Below, one piece after another: positions 50,742 to 60,744 of a stretch of 64,000 nucleotides of DNA. The stretch comes from Longimicrobiales bacterium. Its GTDB lineage: Bacteria > Gemmatimonadota > Gemmatimonadetes > Longimicrobiales > Gaopeijiaceae. The position numbers were made by a program, and so were the translations under genes. The notes below the pieces were generated by a model. It was given only the letters and a program-made list of their open reading frames with translations. It did not search any database and was not told the DNA's origin. Each line of letters begins with the position of its first letter. The first letter of the stretch is position 1. Where the stretch lies: the NCBI GenBank assembly GCA_965198065.1, contig CBDAON010000004.1:704001-768000 (forward strand), in the 5' to 3' direction.

Positions 50742-52592
50742 CTAGGGCACTCGAACCCGGCCCTCCCATCGGACGCCCCCGAGGAGGTGCTCTCGGTAAG
50801 TCTGGATCGTGTCCACGGGCACCCCGTACTTGCGCCGCAGATAGAAGTCAGCGGCCTTTGCGCCAATGGGGGCCGCGGCGGCGGATCCCGAGGCCCCCTC
50901 CTCCACGAGGACCACCATCGCCACCTCGGGGGGCCGGTCCCAGGGCCCGGCGAGCCCGATGAACCAGGCGTGGGGCGCTGCCTGCTGGGGTCCCCGCTGC
51001 GCCGTGCCCGTCTTCCCGATCAGGTCCCAGTGCTCCAACGTGGACATGTACGCGGTCCCGCCCGGCTGGGTCACCTGCCGGAGCCCCTCCATGAGCGCGG
51101 CGAGGTTCTCCTCGCTCAGATCCAGGCTCCACTCGGCTTCGACTTCCTCCCCTTCACCGAGTCGCCTGAGGCGGGGGGCCGGGGCGGTCCCGTCCCGAGC
51201 AAGGGCCATGTAGAACTGCGCCATCTTGAGCGGCGTCTGATCGTTTGGCCCCTGCCCGATCGCCATCGCCATCACCTCGTTCTCGTACGGCAGGTAGCCG
51301 AACTGCTCCTGCCAGAACGCGAAGCTCTCGGGGAAGACGCCCCGCGACTCGAAGGGCAGGTCCACGCCGCAGCGCTCGCCGAAGCCGAGCCCGCTCGCCT
51401 CCTGGACCAGACGCTCAAGCCCGACCCGGAGGCCCAATTGGTAGAAGTAGACGTTGCACGAGTTGGCGATCGCACCGGCCAGGTCGAGGTAGCCGTGCCC
51501 GGTGGGGTTCCAGCACCGCCGCACGACGTTCTGGAACTGATAAGCGCCGGTACATGGCACCGACATGAACTCGTGCGGATCCACGACGCCGAGCTCGAGT
51601 GCGATCGCTCCGGACGCCAGCTTGAACGTGGACGCGGGGGGGTACCTGCCTAGGACCGCACGGTTGAACAGGGGGCGTCTCGGATCCCGGTTCAGCTCCT
51701 CCCAGAGCGCGCGATCGATGCCGCCCACGAACGCGTTTGGGTCGAAGGAGCGGGCCGAATAGAGCGCGAGGACCCCCCCGTCGTCCACGTTTAGGAGCAC
51801 GACGGCCCCGTTCATCGAGTCCGGGAAGATCCTGTGGATGAACTCCATTAGCTCGAGATCCACGTTCAGATGGATGTCCTCGCCCGGGACGGCCGGCTGC
51901 GCGGCCTGCGCGTCGAAGGACCCCACGAGCCGCCCCACCGCGTCCACCTCCACGTATCGGACCCCATGGACGCCCTGGAGCTCGGCCTCGTACTGGCGCT
52001 CGAGCCCGTCCTTTCCGACGACCATGCCGGCCTCGTAGCGCTCGAATCGGGGCATCTCGAGCTCGGCCTCCGACACCTCGCCCACGTAGCCCATCACGTG
52101 ACCCACGACCGCGCCTCCGACGTACCGCCGCTTGGGGCGCATCTCGACCGCGACTCCGTGGAAGTCCGCCCTCACTTCCTCCAGGGCGGCAACCGCGTCG
52201 TACTGAGCGTTGCGGAGCACCACGAGGGGCTGCCGACGGTCCTCGCGCGCCCGTTCCATGAGCGACTCGACGGTGGCCTCATCGAGCCCGAGGATCGGCC
52301 CCAGCCGGTCGAGGCTGCTCCGCATGGAATCGAGCGTCGCCGGAAACAGGGACACGGTGAACGACGGGATATTCTCTGCGATTACGCGCCCGTAACGATC
52401 GAAGATGGTGCCACGGGGAGCGGGCACCTGGACGACGCGGAGCCGGTTCGACTCGGACTGGAGCGCCCATGCCGAGCCGCGAACCACTTGGATGCGGAAG
52501 AACGCCACGCCCAGGACCGCCATCGCGGCCAGGAGGCCCACCAGGGCCGCGCGCGCCCGGCGCCGCCGGACCTCGGGGTGGACGGCCTTCAT
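50742..52592 (-). CDS. mrdA: Penicillin-binding protein 2
   Basis: PRGTIFDR, STFK, SCN, KTG motifs; in the mre operon. Confidence 0.95.
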   Translation of the reverse strand: MKAVHPEVRRRRARAALVGLLAAMAVLGVAFFRIQVVRGSAWALQSESNRLRVVQVPAPRGTIFDRYGRVIAENIPSFTVSLFPATLDSMRSSLDRLGPILGLDEATVESLMERAREDRRQPLVVLRNAQYDAVAALEEVRADFHGVAVEMRPKRRYVGGAVVGHVMGYVGEVSEAELEMPRFERYEAGMVVGKDGLERQYEAELQGVHGVRYVEVDAVGRLVGSFDAQAAQPAVPGEDIHLNVDLELMEFIHRIFPDSMNGAVVLLNVDDGGVLALYSARSFDPNAFVGGIDRALWEELNRDPRRPLFNRAVLGRYPPASTFKLASGAIALELGVVDPHEFMSVPCTGAYQFQNVVRRCWNPTGHGYLDLAGAIANSCNVYFYQLGLRVGLERLVQEASGLGFGERCGVDLPFESRGVFPESFAFWQEQFGYLPYENEVMAMAIGQGPNDQTPLKMAQFYMALARDGTAPAPRLRRLGEGEEVEAEWSLDLSEENLAALMEGLRQVTQPGGTAYMSTLEHWDLIGKTGTAQRGPQQAAPHAWFIGLAGPWDRPPEVAMVVLVEEGASGSAAAAPIGAKAADFYLRRKYGVPVDTIQTYREHLLGGVRWEGRVRVP

Positions 52593-53074
52593 CCGACGAC
52601 GTCCCGTGACCACGCGCCCGTGGCCAGGAGCACGAACGTCCCCGCGGCCGCGGCGTACACGGCCGCCACGGGGCCCTGGACGACGAGCGCGTTCCACGGG
52701 TCCGTGCGCGCCCCCTCCCCGGAGAAGAGCCAGTGGAGCGCCACCCTCGACCAGCTCCCCAGCGCGAGATACGAAATCAGGAAGACGAGCGAGTCGCCGA
52801 GGAAGAGGTCGCGCGAGCGCGCCCCGAGGATCCCCAGGATCGTGAGAGCCATCGCGTTGGCCCCGAAGGAAAGGACGGAAAAGGCGTCTTCCAGGAGCCC
52901 CAGGCCGAACCCGAGCCCCGCGGCCGGACCGGGCCGAACCTCGCGGGCAACCAGGAGCAATCCGACCGACAGCAGGTCGGGAGCCCAGGCGCCCAGCCCG
53001 AGTCCCACACGTAGAAGGAAATGCAAGATCGGCAGGAGGAGCGCAACTGTCCAGAAGAGGCGCGGTCGCCTCAC
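52589..53074 (-). CDS. mreD: Rod shape-determining protein MreD
   Basis: PDLL and GFGLGLLED motifs; hydrophobic; position. Confidence 0.85.
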   Translation of the reverse strand: MRRPRLFWTVALLLPILHFLLRVGLGLGAWAPDLLSVGLLLVAREVRPGPAAGLGFGLGLLEDAFSVLSFGANAMALTILGILGARSRDLFLGDSLVFLISYLALGSWSRVALHWLFSGEGARTDPWNALVVQGPVAAVYAAAAGTFVLLATGAWSRDVVG

Positions 53075-53994
53075 GGCGCCGCTTGCAACGGGGCCCCCGA
53101 AGGGACGCCCTCGGGTACGAGGTCCGACGGAAGGACGGGCGCTTCGCGGAGCCAGAGGGAGTCGAGGGGCCGGTCCGTCCCCGGGCCCGACGCGATCAGC
53201 ACCAGCACGTGGGTCGCGGTTCCCGGGCGGGCCGCAGGCTCGACCCAGAAGCTCTTTCTCCACCCGGCCTCAGCTTCGGCGAGGGCCGACACCGTGCCCA
53301 CCGGAATCCCCCGCGGGTAAACGCTTCCCCGTCCACTCGTCACCAGCCGCTCCCCCTCCTCGACGGGCGTGTAGAAGGGGACTCCGTTCAGGATCAGCCG
53401 ATCCTCTTCGCGGAAGGCACCCTGGCGCGACTCAATGAAGCCGAACGCCTCGCCGTCCTCCGTCATCACGCTCACCCCGAACTCGGGGTGCGTCCAGTCC
53501 ATGACCACGGCGGACCCCGCAAACACCTCACGGACCACTCCGATCAGGCCGTCCGCGACGATGACCGGGTCGTAGAGGAAGACGCCGTCGGCCGTCCCCA
53601 CATCGAGGAGGAACATGCTCTCCGAGCCCAGCGTCCCCGGACGGATCGCGCTGGCCGCGAGCGCGCCCGCCCCGGCCCGAGTGCGAAGACCGAGAAGCGC
53701 GCGGAGCCGCTCGTTCTCCTCCACGAGCGTCGTCTGGGAGAGGAGCGCGGTCACCACCGAGTCGAGGCGGTCACGAAGCTCGGACGCCTCCTCGGCTCGC
53801 ACCCGGCCGCTCGACAGCTCCTCCTGGGTGAGAATGAACGGAGCCAGGATCGAGGCCCGCAGGCCCGAGGAAATCCGCTGCTGCAGGGGGGGGGGGAGGA
53901 CCAGGAGGATGGCGGAAAGAGCGACGAACAAGAGCGGGAGGATCCACTCCCGTCGGTCCCGGGCGTCGCTCTTTTCGGCCTCGAAGGGAAGCAT
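53071..53994 (-). CDS. mreC: Rod shape-determining protein MreC
   Basis: ENERLRALL, GLIG, LVTSGRGSVYPRGIPVG. Confidence 0.92.
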   Translation of the reverse strand: MLPFEAEKSDARDRREWILPLLFVALSAILLVLPPPLQQRISSGLRASILAPFILTQEELSSGRVRAEEASELRDRLDSVVTALLSQTTLVEENERLRALLGLRTRAGAGALAASAIRPGTLGSESMFLLDVGTADGVFLYDPVIVADGLIGVVREVFAGSAVVMDWTHPEFGVSVMTEDGEAFGFIESRQGAFREEDRLILNGVPFYTPVEEGERLVTSGRGSVYPRGIPVGTVSALAEAEAGWRKSFWVEPAARPGTATHVLVLIASGPGTDRPLDSLWLREAPVLPSDLVPEGVPSGAPLQAAP

Positions 53995-54008
53995 CGTCCC
54001 CAGGTCCG

Positions 54009-55052
54009 TCAGTTCACGAGCACGTTCCGGTACTTCTGAAGGTCGTCCAGGATCCTTCCGGCCCCCCGGACCACGCACGTGAGGGGCTCCTCGTCCACGT
54101 GGATCGGGAGGTTCGTCTCGGCGGTGAGGAGCCGGTCGAGTCCCCGTATCATAGCCCCGCCCCCCGTCATCACGATCCCCCGATCCACGATGTCGGACGC
54201 GAGCTCGGGCGGGGTGATCTCGAGCGCGCGCCGCACCGCTTCCACGATCTGCTGGATCGGCTCCTGCGTGCACTCCCGGACCTCGTCCGAGTGGACGGAG
54301 ACCGTCTTCGGGATGCCGCTCACCAGGTCGCGCCCCTTGACGTCCATCGTCCTCTCTTCGCCGAAATCGAACGCCGACCCGATCTGAATCTTCACGGCCT
54401 CCGAGGTCGGCTCCCCGATCAGGAGATTGTAGTTCTTCCGGAGGAACGTGACGATCGACGCGTCCAGCTCGTCCCCCCCGACCCGGATGGACGTGTTGGA
54501 CACGATCCCCGACAGGGCGATCACCGCGATCTCGGTCGTTCCCCCGCCGATGTCGATGATCATGTTCCCCGTGGGCGTCTCGATCGGGAGCCCCACGCCG
54601 ATCGCGGCCGCGGTCGGCTCGGCCACCATGTAGACGGCCTTGGCCCCGGCGGCCATGGCGGAGGAGCGCACGGCGCGCCGCTCGAGCTCGGTGATCCCGG
54701 ACGGGACCCCGACCACCACACGGGGCTTGATGCGGAAGATGTGCTTCGAGGTGACCTGCTTAAGGAAGTGGCGGAGCATCATCTCCGTCACGTCCACGTC
54801 CGCGATGACCCCATCCTTCATGGGCCGGACGGCCTCGATGTTCTCGGGCGTGCGCCCGAGCATTCTCTTCGCCTCGAGCCCGATCCCCAGGACCCGCATC
54901 GAGCCCTTCTCGACCGCCACGACGGACGGCTCGTTCAGGGCGATCCCCTCGCCCTTGACGTATACCAGCGTGTTGGCCGTCCCCAGATCGACGGCGATGT
55001 CATTCACGGGAACGAGGGAGCCGGAATTAAACCACTTAGAGAACGAAGCCAA
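54009..55052 (-). CDS. mreB: Rod shape-determining protein MreB
   Basis: DLGTANT, DIGGGTTE, PPELASDI, TGGGA. Confidence 0.97.
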   Translation of the reverse strand: MASFSKWFNSGSLVPVNDIAVDLGTANTLVYVKGEGIALNEPSVVAVEKGSMRVLGIGLEAKRMLGRTPENIEAVRPMKDGVIADVDVTEMMLRHFLKQVTSKHIFRIKPRVVVGVPSGITELERRAVRSSAMAAGAKAVYMVAEPTAAAIGVGLPIETPTGNMIIDIGGGTTEIAVIALSGIVSNTSIRVGGDELDASIVTFLRKNYNLLIGEPTSEAVKIQIGSAFDFGEERTMDVKGRDLVSGIPKTVSVHSDEVRECTQEPIQQIVEAVRRALEITPPELASDIVDRGIVMTGGGAMIRGLDRLLTAETNLPIHVDEEPLTCVVRGAGRILDDLQKYRNVLVN

Positions 55053-55090
55053 GACTTGAGCCGAACGGGATCTGAGGCCGAGCGGGCCAG

Positions 55091-55125
55091 AAATAAAAAG
55101 CTCCAGCGCGCCGCAACGCCGGAGC
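55091..55125 (-). terminator. Rho-independent terminator after dut
   Basis: GCTCCGGCG/CGCTGGAGC stem followed by TTTTTATTT. Confidence 0.65.
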
Positions 55126-55186
55126 GTGCTCGATTGTACGATTCCGAGGCAACCCGGGCAAGCCTCGGGACCGACCCGCGGCGCGC

Positions 55187-55270
55187 CCCGTCCAGGGCCC
55201 TCGGTTCATCCCCGTCCAGGGGCCTCGGCTCATCGCCCTCCAGGCCCCTCAGCCCCTCCCCGTCGAGCCG
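55187..55270. repeat. Degenerate 24-bp tandem repeat at the dut 3' end
   Basis: About 3.5 copies of a unit like CCCGTCCAGGGCCCTCGGTTCATC. Confidence 0.7.
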
Positions 55271-55734
55271 AACCCGCCTTTTCCACGCGCGCTTTCCTCC
55301 ACGCGCTCCGATTCGGCCGTCTCCGGAGTCTCGAACCGCGCGAAGACGAGCTGGGCGATCCGTTCGCCTCTGGAGATCGTCACGGGCCGGTTCCCCAGGT
55401 TCATGAGGATCACCTTGAGCTCTCCCCGGAAGTCGGGATCGATCGTGCCGGGGGCGTTCGGAACCGTGATCCCGTGCCGGAGAGCGAGCCCTGACCGGGG
55501 CCGGACTTGGCACTCGAGCCCGTCGGGCATCTCCATCACGAGCCCGGTGGCTACGGCCTTCCGCCGGCCCGGCGCCAGCTCGAAGTCCGGCTCCGCCGAG
55601 CGGACGTCGTACCCGGCCGCCTGGGCCGATGCACGCTCCGGGAGGGGGAGGTCGGGGTTCGATGGAAGCCTGAGGAAGCGGACGCCGGCCACCGGATTAG
55701 GACGCCCGCTCGGGCCGGGGCTCTCCGCCCACAC
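55249..55734 (-). CDS. dut: dUTP diphosphatase
   Basis: AAGYD, RPRSG, GTIDPDFRG, RIAQL, RGKGGFGSTG. Confidence 0.95.
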   Translation of the reverse strand: MWAESPGPSGRPNPVAGVRFLRLPSNPDLPLPERASAQAAGYDVRSAEPDFELAPGRRKAVATGLVMEMPDGLECQVRPRSGLALRHGITVPNAPGTIDPDFRGELKVILMNLGNRPVTISRGERIAQLVFARFETPETAESERVEESARGKGGFGSTGRG

Positions 55735-57010
55735 CCGGTCCCAGGTGCAGGATCACCTGGCGATCCGGCCGGAAGTAGCGGGCCGCCACGTCCGCAACCT
55801 GCTCCGCCGTGACGGCTTCGATCGTGGCGAGCAACTCGTCCAGGGTCAGCCTCGGCTCGTCGTAAAGGGCAAAGCTGGCCAGCCGGTAGAGCCGTGAGCC
55901 AGTGGACTCGAGGGAGAGCATCAGCTGTCCTTTGACTTGGTCCTTCACTTCCCGGAGCTCGGTGTCCCCGAGCCCGTCACGGGCCAGCTTCGCGTACTCC
56001 TCCTGAACCGCCTCGGCCGCCCGCTCCCGCCACTCGGGACGGGTTCCGAGGTACACCCCGGCCACGCCGGCCCTGGAGTAGAGGGACTGGAACGAGTACA
56101 CCGTGTACGCCAGGCCGAGCTCCTCCCGGATCCGCTGGAAGAGCCTGGACCCCATCCCTCCGCCGAAGCAGGCCGAGATTAGGACCAGGGGGAACCGGGC
56201 CTGGTCGGCCCTGGGGGGGGTACGCGTCCCGAACACGAGGTGTGCTTGGGTTCCGTCCCTGGAGACCCGGTGCTCCCGCCCTGCCACGTCCTCCGCCACC
56301 TCGGGGATCCTGGACGGCTCGCCGCCCCGGACCCCGGAGAACAGGGCCTCGGCCGAATCCACGAACCGATCGTGGTCGAGGAAGCCCGCCGCGCCCACGA
56401 TGAGCTGTCCTCCCAAGTAGCGCTCCTCGTGGAGCGCCCGAAGCGTCGCCGCCGTCATGCTCCCGACCGTCTCGCGCGTCCCGAGGATCGAGCGCCCGTA
56501 AGGGTGTCCCTCCCAGAGGGCTTCCCCGTGCAGCTCGAACACCAGGTCGTCCGGGGTGTCCTCCATGGCCGCAATCTCCTCGAGCACCACCTCGCGCTCG
56601 AGGTCCAGGTCTTCGGGCCGGAGGAGCGGATCCAGCACGAGATCGGCCAACACCTCTAGGGCGAGAGGAAGGTGCTCCGAGAGGACTCTGGCCTGGAAGG
56701 ACGTGTGCTCGCGCGACGTGAAGGCGTCGAGCGAGCCGCCGAGGCGCTCTAGCGAGAGCGCAATCTCCTTCGCCGTCCGGTTCCCCGTCCCCTTGAAGAC
56801 CATGTGCTCGAGCATGTGACTCGAGCCGGCCACCTCGGGCGATTCGTGCGCGGCGCCGCGACGGACCCACACCCCGGCCGTGACGGATCGCACGCCGGGA
56901 ATCGCCTCCGTGAGGACCCGGATTCCGTTCGAGAGGACCGTCTCCCGGATCTCCCCTTGGATCGCCTCCGGCGTAGCTAGGACGGGGGCCGTGCGCCCGC
57001 GTGAGATCAC
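55697..57010 (-). CDS. M16 (pitrilysin) family zinc peptidase
   Basis: HMLEHMVFKGT, GGGMGSRLFQRIRE. Confidence 0.93.
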   Translation of the reverse strand: MISRGRTAPVLATPEAIQGEIRETVLSNGIRVLTEAIPGVRSVTAGVWVRRGAAHESPEVAGSSHMLEHMVFKGTGNRTAKEIALSLERLGGSLDAFTSREHTSFQARVLSEHLPLALEVLADLVLDPLLRPEDLDLEREVVLEEIAAMEDTPDDLVFELHGEALWEGHPYGRSILGTRETVGSMTAATLRALHEERYLGGQLIVGAAGFLDHDRFVDSAEALFSGVRGGEPSRIPEVAEDVAGREHRVSRDGTQAHLVFGTRTPPRADQARFPLVLISACFGGGMGSRLFQRIREELGLAYTVYSFQSLYSRAGVAGVYLGTRPEWRERAAEAVQEEYAKLARDGLGDTELREVKDQVKGQLMLSLESTGSRLYRLASFALYDEPRLTLDELLATIEAVTAEQVADVAARYFRPDRQVILHLGPGVGGEPRPERAS

Positions 57011-57052
57011 TCGAGCTTGCTCATCGAGGAGAGTGCTCGTAGTTGCAGCTCA

Positions 57053-59191
57053 CTAGGCGCGGCTCGCGGCCTCGACCTCTTCTACCTTCGAGCCCTCTTC
57101 CTCGAGGGCTGCCTTGCGAGAAAGGCGGAGGCGTCCCTTCTCGTCGATCGAGAGGAGCTTCACGCGGGTGACGACGCCCCTCTTCAGGATGTCCTCCGTC
57201 TTCTCGACGCGCTTCCCCGCGAGCTCCGAGATGTGGACCAGACCCTCCACCCCGGGCAGGATCTCCACGAAGGCCCCGAAGGTGGTCGTGTTCTTCACGG
57301 GGCCCTGGTAGATCCGACCCACCTCGGGCTCCTGGACGATCGCCTCGATCATCTCCCGGGCGCGGGCTGCCGCCTCGCCTGAGACGGCGGCGACCTTCAC
57401 GATTCCCGAGTCCTCGATGTCGATCTTCGTTCCGGTCTCCTCCTGGATCGCGCGAATCGTCTTCCCCTTGGGGCCGATGATCTCCCCGATCTTCTCCGGG
57501 TTCACTTGGATCGAGGTGATGCGAGGCGCGTGCGGCGAGAGCTCCTCCCTGGGCCGGGCGATCGTCTGATCCATGATGTCCAGGATGTGGAGGCGCGCCT
57601 GGTGGGCCCGCTCGAGCGCTTCCCCAAGGATCTCGGCCGTGAGCCCCTCGATCTTGATATCCATCTGAATCGAGGTCACCCCGGCCCGGGTCCCCGCCAC
57701 CTTGAAGTCCATGTCTCCGAGCGCGTCTTCGAGCCCGAGGATGTCCGTGAGGACCGCCATCCGCTCGCCCTCCTTGATGAGCCCCATCGCTACGCCCGCG
57801 CACGCGGCCTTGATCGGCACCCCGCCCGTCATGAGCGCGAGTGAGGTCCCGCACACCGTCGCCATCGAGGAGGAGCCGTTCGACTCCAGGATGTCTGAGA
57901 CCACTCGGATCGTGTATGGGAAGTCGTCGTACGGAGGGAGGAGGGGCTGCATGGCGCGCTCGGCGAGCGCTCCGTGTCCGATATCTCTCCTTGACGTCCC
58001 TCGGATCGGTCGCGCCTCGCCCACCGAGAACGGCGGGAAGTTGTAGTGGAGCATGAACGACTTCGAGACCTCCTCCGGAACGTCGATCGAGTCGATTCGC
58101 TGCTCATCCCTGGAGGTCCCGAGCGTGGCCACGCAGAGCGCCTGGGTCTGCCCCCGGGTGAAGAGCGCAGACCCGTGCGTCCGGGGAAGGAGCCCCACCT
58201 CGCACGAGATGTCCCGCACGTCGTTCAGCCCGCGCCCGTCCGCGCGGATCCCCTCGTCCAGGATCCGAGTCCGCATGCTTGCCTTCTCGATGGAGCGGAG
58301 GATCTCCCCGACCTGATCCTGCGACTGCTCGAACTCCGCTTCGGAGAGCTCCTTCTGGAGGCGGTCTACCACGTCTTCCTTCACGACCGCGAGGGCCTGG
58401 CTCCGCTGCTGCTTCTCGGCGAGCGCCATAGCTTCGGCTACGCGGGGCTTTGCCATGTCCTCCACGCGGGATTTGAGGTCCGCGTTCGGGACCTGGGGCG
58501 TCCACTCCATCTCGGGTTGACGCAGGTTGGCAATGAGCTCCTCCTGCATGTCGATCAGCTGCCGGATCCCGCCGTGCGCGACCTCGAGCCCCTCGAGGAC
58601 GTCGGCTTCGGGTACCTCGACCGCCCCTCCCTCCACCATGATGATCGCGTCCCGGGAGCCGGCCACGACCACGTCCACGTCCGAGTACGCAAGCTGCTGG
58701 AAGGTGGGGTTCAGGATCCAGTTTCCGCGGATGCGCCCGATCCGGACCCCAGCCACCGGGGTGCGAAAGGGGATCTTGGACAGGTTCAGCGCCGTGGACG
58801 CCCCGAGGATCGCCAGCACGTCCGCGTCGTTCTCCTGGTCGGCGGAGAGAATCGAGCAGACGACCTGCGTCTCGTTCATGAACCCGTCAGGAAAGAGCGG
58901 GCGGAGCGGTCGGTCGACCTGCCTCGCGGACAGGATCTCCTTCTCCTGGGGACGCCCCTCCCTCTTGAAGAACCCGCCCGGGATCTTCCCCGCCGCGTAG
59001 GACTTCTCGCGGTACTCGATCGTGAGCGGAAAGAAGGGAAGGTGCGTGGGGCGGTCCTGGACGGTCGCCGCGCAGAGGACCACGGTCTCGCCGAACTGCA
59101 CCAGGCAGGCCCCGTGGGACAGCTTGGCGAGGCGGCCCGTCTCGAGCGTCAGCGTTCGTCCCGCGAACTCTCGTTCGATTCGATGCATCAT
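57053..59191 (-). CDS. pnp: Polyribonucleotide nucleotidyltransferase
   Basis: [36 protein letters not shown] and S1 domains. Confidence 0.98.
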   Translation of the reverse strand: MMHRIEREFAGRTLTLETGRLAKLSHGACLVQFGETVVLCAATVQDRPTHLPFFPLTIEYREKSYAAGKIPGGFFKREGRPQEKEILSARQVDRPLRPLFPDGFMNETQVVCSILSADQENDADVLAILGASTALNLSKIPFRTPVAGVRIGRIRGNWILNPTFQQLAYSDVDVVVAGSRDAIIMVEGGAVEVPEADVLEGLEVAHGGIRQLIDMQEELIANLRQPEMEWTPQVPNADLKSRVEDMAKPRVAEAMALAEKQQRSQALAVVKEDVVDRLQKELSEAEFEQSQDQVGEILRSIEKASMRTRILDEGIRADGRGLNDVRDISCEVGLLPRTHGSALFTRGQTQALCVATLGTSRDEQRIDSIDVPEEVSKSFMLHYNFPPFSVGEARPIRGTSRRDIGHGALAERAMQPLLPPYDDFPYTIRVVSDILESNGSSSMATVCGTSLALMTGGVPIKAACAGVAMGLIKEGERMAVLTDILGLEDALGDMDFKVAGTRAGVTSIQMDIKIEGLTAEILGEALERAHQARLHILDIMDQTIARPREELSPHAPRITSIQVNPEKIGEIIGPKGKTIRAIQEETGTKIDIEDSGIVKVAAVSGEAAARAREMIEAIVQEPEVGRIYQGPVKNTTTFGAFVEILPGVEGLVHISELAGKRVEKTEDILKRGVVTRVKLLSIDEKGRLRLSRKAALEEEGSKVEEVEAASRA

Positions 59192-59231
59192 GTGGCTTCC
59201 GCTTTACAGGGTGTTTAGTCGGACGTGTCGT

Positions 59232-59262
59232 CAACAAAAGACGGCGACCGGGGCCCGGTCGG
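59232..59262 (-). terminator. Hairpin/terminator between rpsO and pnp
   Basis: CGACCGG/CCGGTCG stem followed by TCTTTTGTT. Confidence 0.45.
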
Positions 59263-59296
59263 GGTCCCCAGCGCGCCGCTGGTATTCTAGAGCCAC

Positions 59297-59569
59297 CTAC
59301 TTCCGGAGCCCAAGATCCTCGATGAGCTGCCGATAGCGTTCCAGATTGGTCCGCTTCAGATACTCCAGCAGCCGGCGGCGGCGCCCCACCATCTTGAGGA
59401 GCCCCTGGCGGCTGTGGTGATCGGCCTTGTGGGCTTCGAAGTGATCCCTGAGATGATCGATTCGTTGGGTGAGGAGCGCGATCTGGACGGGGGCGCTGCC
59501 CCCGTCCCGGTCGTGAAGCTGATATTTCTGGACGACTTCCTGCCTCTCGGTCCTGGTCAAACCAGCCAT
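59297..59569 (-). CDS. rpsO: 30S ribosomal protein S15
   Basis: [32 protein letters not shown]. Confidence 0.98.
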   Translation of the reverse strand: MAGLTRTERQEVVQKYQLHDRDGGSAPVQIALLTQRIDHLRDHFEAHKADHHSRQGLLKMVGRRRRLLEYLKRTNLERYRQLIEDLGLRK

Positions 59570-59888
59570 TTCGCGGTCCCTCGCGCTGCCGATCAGCGCG
59601 TCCGTTTCTCTCTAACGTTGAGGATTTAGCCCTGTAAGCTATTGGCGGGCGGGTCAGGGGACAACCCGGTGGGAGGCGGTAGCGGGTCAGTCCGTCAGAC
59701 CCTCGAGCAGCGTCTGCTCGAGCACCGTTTGGGCAGCCTGAGCCCGAGAAGATGCAGGAGGTCTGCCGAGCGCTGGCGATCGCCATCGGATGCCAGAGCT
59801 GACTCGGACGATAGAGACACCCCGCCGCACCGATCCCCCGGAATGCGTCAGTGCCGAGTCCGTCAGCTCGTCGCTACCTGCGACGGGC

Positions 59889-60596
59889 TCATGGGCTTGC
59901 GCCGCCCCCTCCAGGCCCCCCTTCCGTCCAGGAGATAGGCACGACGTACCACCGTGAAACGGCGGTGCCCACACTGTCGCTTCCCGTCCCAGGAGTGTCC
60001 AGCATCGCCGCAGTGAGCGCGGCCTGGTCCAGAGTTCGGCGTCCCGAGCTACTGAGAATCCGGGAGATTACCGGTCGACCGGTGGAATCAACCATGACTA
60101 AGAGATCGGTTCTCCCGCGGCCGATGTCGCCAGCCGCCCGCTCACCGAACGAAGTGATGAGCCCGCGTGCCACTTCACCGAGTTGGAGGCTCGATCCGTC
60201 GGCGTAGGCGCCCGGACGCGGCCGATCCTCCAGCGAGAGCGATCGAGCCGTCAAGTTAACCACGGAAAGCTCGGCCTCCTGAGGGGCCAGCAGCCAGTTC
60301 ACTGCCAGCGAATCGCCGCGACTCGTCCAGAGGGCGGCGACCCTGCACCATGCCGTAGCAGATGCAATCGATCTCTCGGTCGGTGCTCCCAGGACCGTTC
60401 CTCGCTCGGCCCCACTGTCCCCCAGAACGACCGTGAACTCGCGATCGCCTCGGATCGATAGAGTGTCGAGTCCAAGCCCAGGGACATCTAAAGCATTCGC
60501 CAGATCTGCGTACGTCGGAGCGGCGCCCGGTCCGCACACCTGAGCCAGGACCGGCGCGGGAAGAAGAACCAGAGCCGCCAGACGCCACATCAACAT
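59889..60596 (-). CDS. Secreted protein with TonB C-terminal-like domain
   Basis: Signal peptide; LLVMVDSTG, ILSSSGRRTLDQAAL, WYVVPISW. Confidence 0.65.
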   Translation of the reverse strand: MLMWRLAALVLLPAPVLAQVCGPGAAPTYADLANALDVPGLGLDTLSIRGDREFTVVLGDSGAERGTVLGAPTERSIASATAWCRVAALWTSRGDSLAVNWLLAPQEAELSVVNLTARSLSLEDRPRPGAYADGSSLQLGEVARGLITSFGERAAGDIGRGRTDLLVMVDSTGRPVISRILSSSGRRTLDQAALTAAMLDTPGTGSDSVGTAVSRWYVVPISWTEGGPGGGGASP

Positions 60597-60744
60597 GGAT
60601 CCGCGTAACATCGGGGGAGGCAAGTCAGCCTGTCTCAACCGACCTCGAAAGAGAAGCGCGACCATCGCGAGCCAACCGGGTGTCAGGACACCACGTACAC
60701 CGACCACGTTCGGAAGGTGGCACGGCCCGCGGCCGCCCTCTCCA

